Notes under the pieces: model-generated
The model's input: the letters and a program-made list of their open reading frames with translations, nothing else
The model's database searches: none
Told to the model about the DNA's origin: nothing
Made by a program: the position numbers and the translations under genes
Shown here: positions 60,093-64,000 of the stretch, piece after piece
Layout: every line of letters starts with the position of its first letter
Numbering within the stretch: the stretch's first letter is position 1
DNA from: Fistulifera solaris
Taxonomy: Eukaryota
Assembly: GCA_030295235.1 (NCBI GenBank)
Contig: AP026125.1
Coordinates: 496,001 to 560,000, forward strand
DNA: 64,000 nt
Direction: 5' to 3'

Positions 60093-61231
60093 TTACAAAG
60101 GCTTATTCCTTAGTAATATATCGAGACATTCTTTCGCTGCTCCAACGTTGATCGTCCATCCACTTCCACCGTGACCGTAATTGTGCAGCACCTTCACTGG
60201 GCCATCCGCGTACGTCGGATCCGCTTCACAGCGAACACCAGCACTCCGTTTCGGTCGAAATCCGGTCCATTCACCGTGAGGGGCGCATTGATTGACATCA
60301 ATACCCAAGCGATGAGCATTGGAGAGTAGACGCTTTCGCTCCTCGAGACGAATGGAAGATTCCGTGTCACCAGGTAAGTAGGAACCTCCCACCACAATTT
60401 GATCGCCACGGGGAATCAAATAACTGGGCATAGTGTCACTACCCCACGGTCCTTCATCGATCATGATCAGCGTATCTTTTCTCTGTTTACCACTCCGATC
60501 GACTTGGGATCGACGCACACAGGATGTTCGATCGTATTGAAGTAAAATTCCGCGAGCTCCCGTCAAGTCATCATCGGATGATTGGCATCCCGCTATTTGG
60601 GCTGCACCGAGACCGGTGCAATTAATGACAGCAGTACACCCCAGTATTTTGGCAGTATCGACCATATGTTCTATGGATTCCATGTATTCACCCGTTTCGA
60701 CATCCACATCCGCCGCCGATTGTTGCACCTGTTGCAAAGGTATTCGAGCATGCGAGGGCATTCACAATGAGCGGGTAAAACAACCACGCGTGAGAATAAC
60801 CGGCGCTTTGAAATTCCTCCACGGGGGGAATGACTATATCGGCTTGTTTTGCGATTTCAGATAAAGCTAATATTTGGAACAAAAGTCGAGGGTCTCTCGT
60901 CCACGTTGGAGGTTCGTCTTGAACGGTAGATGTACTCTCATGCAATAGATAGAGAGCCGGCAGTGTTTCCACTAGATCATCGGAAGCGGGAGTTTGTTGT
61001 AACTCATACAGTTCTTGAAAGGTTTCCAGGGCCCATCGATCGACCCGGACATCATCACACCGAAACGGCATCCACAATCCCCCCCGCTCCGACGGAACAG
61101 GTGCGAGGATCTAATGGAGGAAAGGGTGCGCGAACGACCACGCGACAACCGCGCCGGAGTGCTTCCTGCGCGGTGCGCAAGCCAACAGCACCGGCTCCGA
61201 CAATGAGGACTTTGGGTAACGCAGGTATCAT
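60093..61231 (-). CDS. D-amino-acid / D-aspartate oxidase (FAD)
   Basis: VLIVGAGAVGL, SVGAGGLWMP, VINCTGLGA, GFRP and HNYGHGGSGWT motifs. Frameshifts at the C run ~61079 and the A run ~60777. Confidence 0.88.
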
Positions 61232-61288
61232 GGTTTGTAAATGTGTTTGTCAGTTGAGGGCTATTTTCTTTGTCTCGTCCACTTCTAT

Positions 61289-61650
61289 CCGATTTCGCCT
61301 TACAATAATCCCCTTGCAAAAAGTTACGGATTTTACTTAGGTAAAAGACACGAATTGTCAGGGATTACGTTTAACTTTCGAAAACCACTTCATGACTATG
61401 GTTTAACATGTACATGGAAAGCCTTAAACTATCTTTCTTTATGCTCAGCCGATTAAGGTTTTCCCCTTAAAAAGTTGATTAACCTTAATCGATTAATTTT
61501 CGGCAGCATCTCGTTATGGTTTTCTGCCTACACAAAAAGCTATAGTTTGGAAACGGTTCTAATACATTAAATACAATCCATGCCATTTTATGTCGTTTTA
61601 TTAAATAAAATCCGTAACTTTTTGCAAGGGGGATTGTAAGGCAAAATCGG
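61289..61650. mobile_element. ~360-bp imperfect fold-back (MITE-like) element
   Basis: The left arm CCGATTTCGCCTTACAATAATCCCCTTGCAAAAAGTTACGGATTTTA... is the reverse complement of the right end ...TAAAATCCGTAACTTTTTGCAAGGGGGATTGTAAGGCAAAATCGG. The arms align down to a central GATTAAGGTT/AACCTTAATC. No clear target-site duplication. Confidence 0.65.
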
Positions 61651-61810
61651 CCGCGATTTTGTTTTTCGTTTGCAGTGAGCATCAATACGAATGGAGGTCA
61701 CTGAAATGGTGTAATTAAGATCAATTATTCAAGAGTACCTGTTGATCATCTCATCATCTATCGTAATAGAGGGCCAAGGATTGTCGAAATCTGCATCAAT
61801 CACGATTACA

Positions 61811-64000
61811 ATGGCAAACACAGAAGGACTCCTCACCGATGAGGCCTTGCAATGCTTATTGGGGACAGACGAGCCCACGAAAGGATTGTCGGCCCTGCAA
61901 CGCCGGATGGATTTGCCGATGGGAGATAAACCAGCTGCCAAAGTGACACGACCCAGTGGACGATCTATCAGTAATCTTTCCCGGACGAATGAGACGGCAA
62001 TCCGCTCGGAGGACACGCCGCCGCCGCCACTGATCGGAAATATTGTCGAGAAAAGGAGATCCGATCGAACGAAAAATCTACCATCCTCCTCGTCGACTCG
62101 CAAACCGTCGCGGTTTGCCATGCAATCGAAAGGTGGTTTTCCTTCTTTGCAGGCACCGTTAGGAAGTTTAGTACAAAAGAACAACAAGTCGTCTAGCAGT
62201 AATACGACAACGTGGACGAGCTCGCTTTCTAACACAGATGAAACGGCATCCGAAACAGACCGCATCATGTCACAAATGTCACCGGAGGAAATTCAGGAAT
62301 CGATACAAGAACTCCATCAGGTGTTGTCACCCGAAACGATCCAGTTTTTAAAGACTCGGAGGAAACGAAAAGAAACGTGTTCTATACAACCAGTGGCGTC
62401 ACCTAATGAAAACAATTTACAAGCGGAACCAACGATTCCGTCGAACGAGACTCAGAACGAAAAAGAACGCGTAGCAAACTTGCTGGCTTCGGTTCGGAAT
62501 CACGATGACATGGATACGTTGTATCGACAAGAAATGGGCTCAGATTTAGTGATAGAACAAGGAAAGAGCGAGTTTCAGACCGCCTGTGAACTTCTTCGAT
62601 CGTCTGTGCCCCGTCAAAATCTGTGGGCAGTCCGTCATTTGGAGAATGTGTTGCGGGAGGCCACAAGTGTTTACTGTCTTGGAACTGAAAATGCCAACAA
62701 GTGGCCGTATCCGACGTTACTACCCGTATCGCTACGTTGTTTGCTGGATATGTCTCCGTCCACCGTGGTAGGTGCGCCAATACAGATTTATGCACTGGGA
62801 GCGTTGTTCTATCTGACCAGTATCCGCGTACCGGTGGATTATGTTGTGTATGATGTGTCGACTGGAGATCTACGACCAACGGCAGCTCATCTCTATTCCG
62901 AATATTTCTTAGACGATGCGGTGCCGGCGTCGACCTATACATATGCAACGACGAATAGTATGCAGCCTTTATCTGTTTCCGAATCGACAGTCGCGTATGC
63001 CACTTCTTCGTCCACGACGAGTGCACAAGACGATGGGGAAGCCTTTCTTCGAGATCCCCTCTGGACGTTGCTTTCGCGCATGAGAATCATTCCGTGGCTT
63101 GCCAATTATTTGAGATCCGATATTTCGCCCACCAATGTACGCACAGTAATAGGATTGTTGGTTTTGCTGGTGCAACGTTCTCCTGGAGCTGCCACTGCTG
63201 TCGTTCAGCATCCCACCTTATTGACGAATCTGATGACAAAAGACGCCGGTTCCACCATCATCCTTCAGAGTGTGGCAGCACGACAGTCAAGAGATACGGC
63301 TTGTCATCTGGCTATGTCGGACCAAATCATACAAGATCTAGTTTCCTTTACTGAGTCCGAGCCTTCGGCAAGCGATCCCAAGCGCTGTAAATGGACGATG
63401 GTACTGTGGCGAACATTGCTGCGATACGGCTTGGCATTGGACGCTCTGCCAACGGTTCTCAATTTGGCCGCACGGCATGTTACCTTGGGGTCCGGTTTGA
63501 GCTGTTATTTCTTTTCGGCCTTTTCAGTGCTCACGAATTGTATCGTTGCAGCAAACAAGTCACCGAGAAATAATGAACGAATTGTTTCAAACGATAATCG
63601 CGCATTACTTGCGAACGCAGCTGCATGGTTGTCAGCTAGTCGGCGCCAGGCTCTTCGTCACATAGAACGTGCGGAGGATAACTGGCTCAAAAACACTACC
63701 TTCAATGATTTAACATCTTTAGAGAAAGCTAAGTTCTACGCTTCCGTTTTCCGGTTTTTGGCGGCGTGGACAAGAATGTGCGAGAGTCTCGCTTCCGACC
63801 AGAGAGACGGAGAATTTAAGGCCGAAGATCTGACAGAATCGGAAGAAAAGTTGTGGATCAATGCCGTGTCAAAGTGCTTAGAGTACGACAGCTTACGAGA
63901 GCTGACGAGAAGATCTTTAACGGGAATGTTTGACGGCCAGCGTTATTCTTCGGGTTGTACGGTGCACGATCTTTCCATCGAATCAGCAGCGTGTTCGTTC
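61811..64000 (+). CDS. RPAP1: RNA polymerase II-associated protein 1 (RPAP1/Rba50/IYO)-like, 3'-truncated by the window
   Basis: The frame is consistent from ATG 61811 to the window end. It contains RIMSQMSPEEIQESIQELHQVLSPETIQFLKTR (RPAP1_N-like) and ELLRSSVPRQ (RPAP1_C-like). Confidence 0.75.
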   Translation, partial: MANTEGLLTDEALQCLLGTDEPTKGLSALQRRMDLPMGDKPAAKVTRPSGRSISNLSRTNETAIRSEDTPPPPLIGNIVEKRRSDRTKNLPSSSSTRKPSRFAMQSKGGFPSLQAPLGSLVQKNNKSSSSNTTTWTSSLSNTDETASETDRIMSQMSPEEIQESIQELHQVLSPETIQFLKTRRKRKETCSIQPVASPNENNLQAEPTIPSNETQNEKERVANLLASVRNHDDMDTLYRQEMGSDLVIEQGKSEFQTACELLRSSVPRQNLWAVRHLENVLREATSVYCLGTENANKWPYPTLLPVSLRCLLDMSPSTVVGAPIQIYALGALFYLTSIRVPVDYVVYDVSTGDLRPTAAHLYSEYFLDDAVPASTYTYATTNSMQPLSVSESTVAYATSSSTTSAQDDGEAFLRDPLWTLLSRMRIIPWLANYLRSDISPTNVRTVIGLLVLLVQRSPGAATAVVQHPTLLTNLMTKDAGSTIILQSVAARQSRDTACHLAMSDQIIQDLVSFTESEPSASDPKRCKWTMVLWRTLLRYGLALDALPTVLNLAARHVTLGSGLSCYFFSAFSVLTNCIVAANKSPRNNERIVSNDNRALLANAAAWLSASRRQALRHIERAEDNWLKNTTFNDLTSLEKAKFYASVFRFLAAWTRMCESLASDQRDGEFKAEDLTESEEKLWINAVSKCLEYDSLRELTRRSLTGMFDGQRYSSGCTVHDLSIESAACSF

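Noticed and set aside
62403..63026. 207-aa minus-strand ORF
   Set aside because: It is antisense to the RPAP1-like frame, which is missing from the ORF track, apparently because it has no stop inside the window.

Overview
Gene-dense eukaryotic nuclear DNA, most likely from a diatom. This is inferred from short GT-AG introns, bipartite signal-plus-'F' plastid-targeting presequences, and photosynthesis or organelle genes such as LPA1-like and YidD. About 33 protein genes and one intron-containing tRNA-Lys(CTT) can be supported. Many genes are broken by single-base frameshifts in homopolymer runs, which suggests an unpolished long-read assembly rather than pseudogenes. The most unusual content is non-coding. 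Two satellite arrays (10 x ~222 bp at 13.3-15.6 kb; 13 x ~190-245 bp at 35.8-38.8 kb) share a ~95-bp homologous core. Each abuts a field of short near-palindromic repeats (TCCAGAATTTCTGGA or CCCGAAAATCTGGG). The core's GACTG...CAGTCA palindrome also recurs singly upstream of many genes. Other notable elements are a 176-bp mini-Helitron inside one array, a decayed Helitron-like coding remnant, a ~360-bp fold-back element, a three-gene cluster of an uncharacterised domain (with or without TPR), and a GNAT-LysM-LysM-HMG-box fusion protein. All protein identifications come from motif recognition, not database searches.
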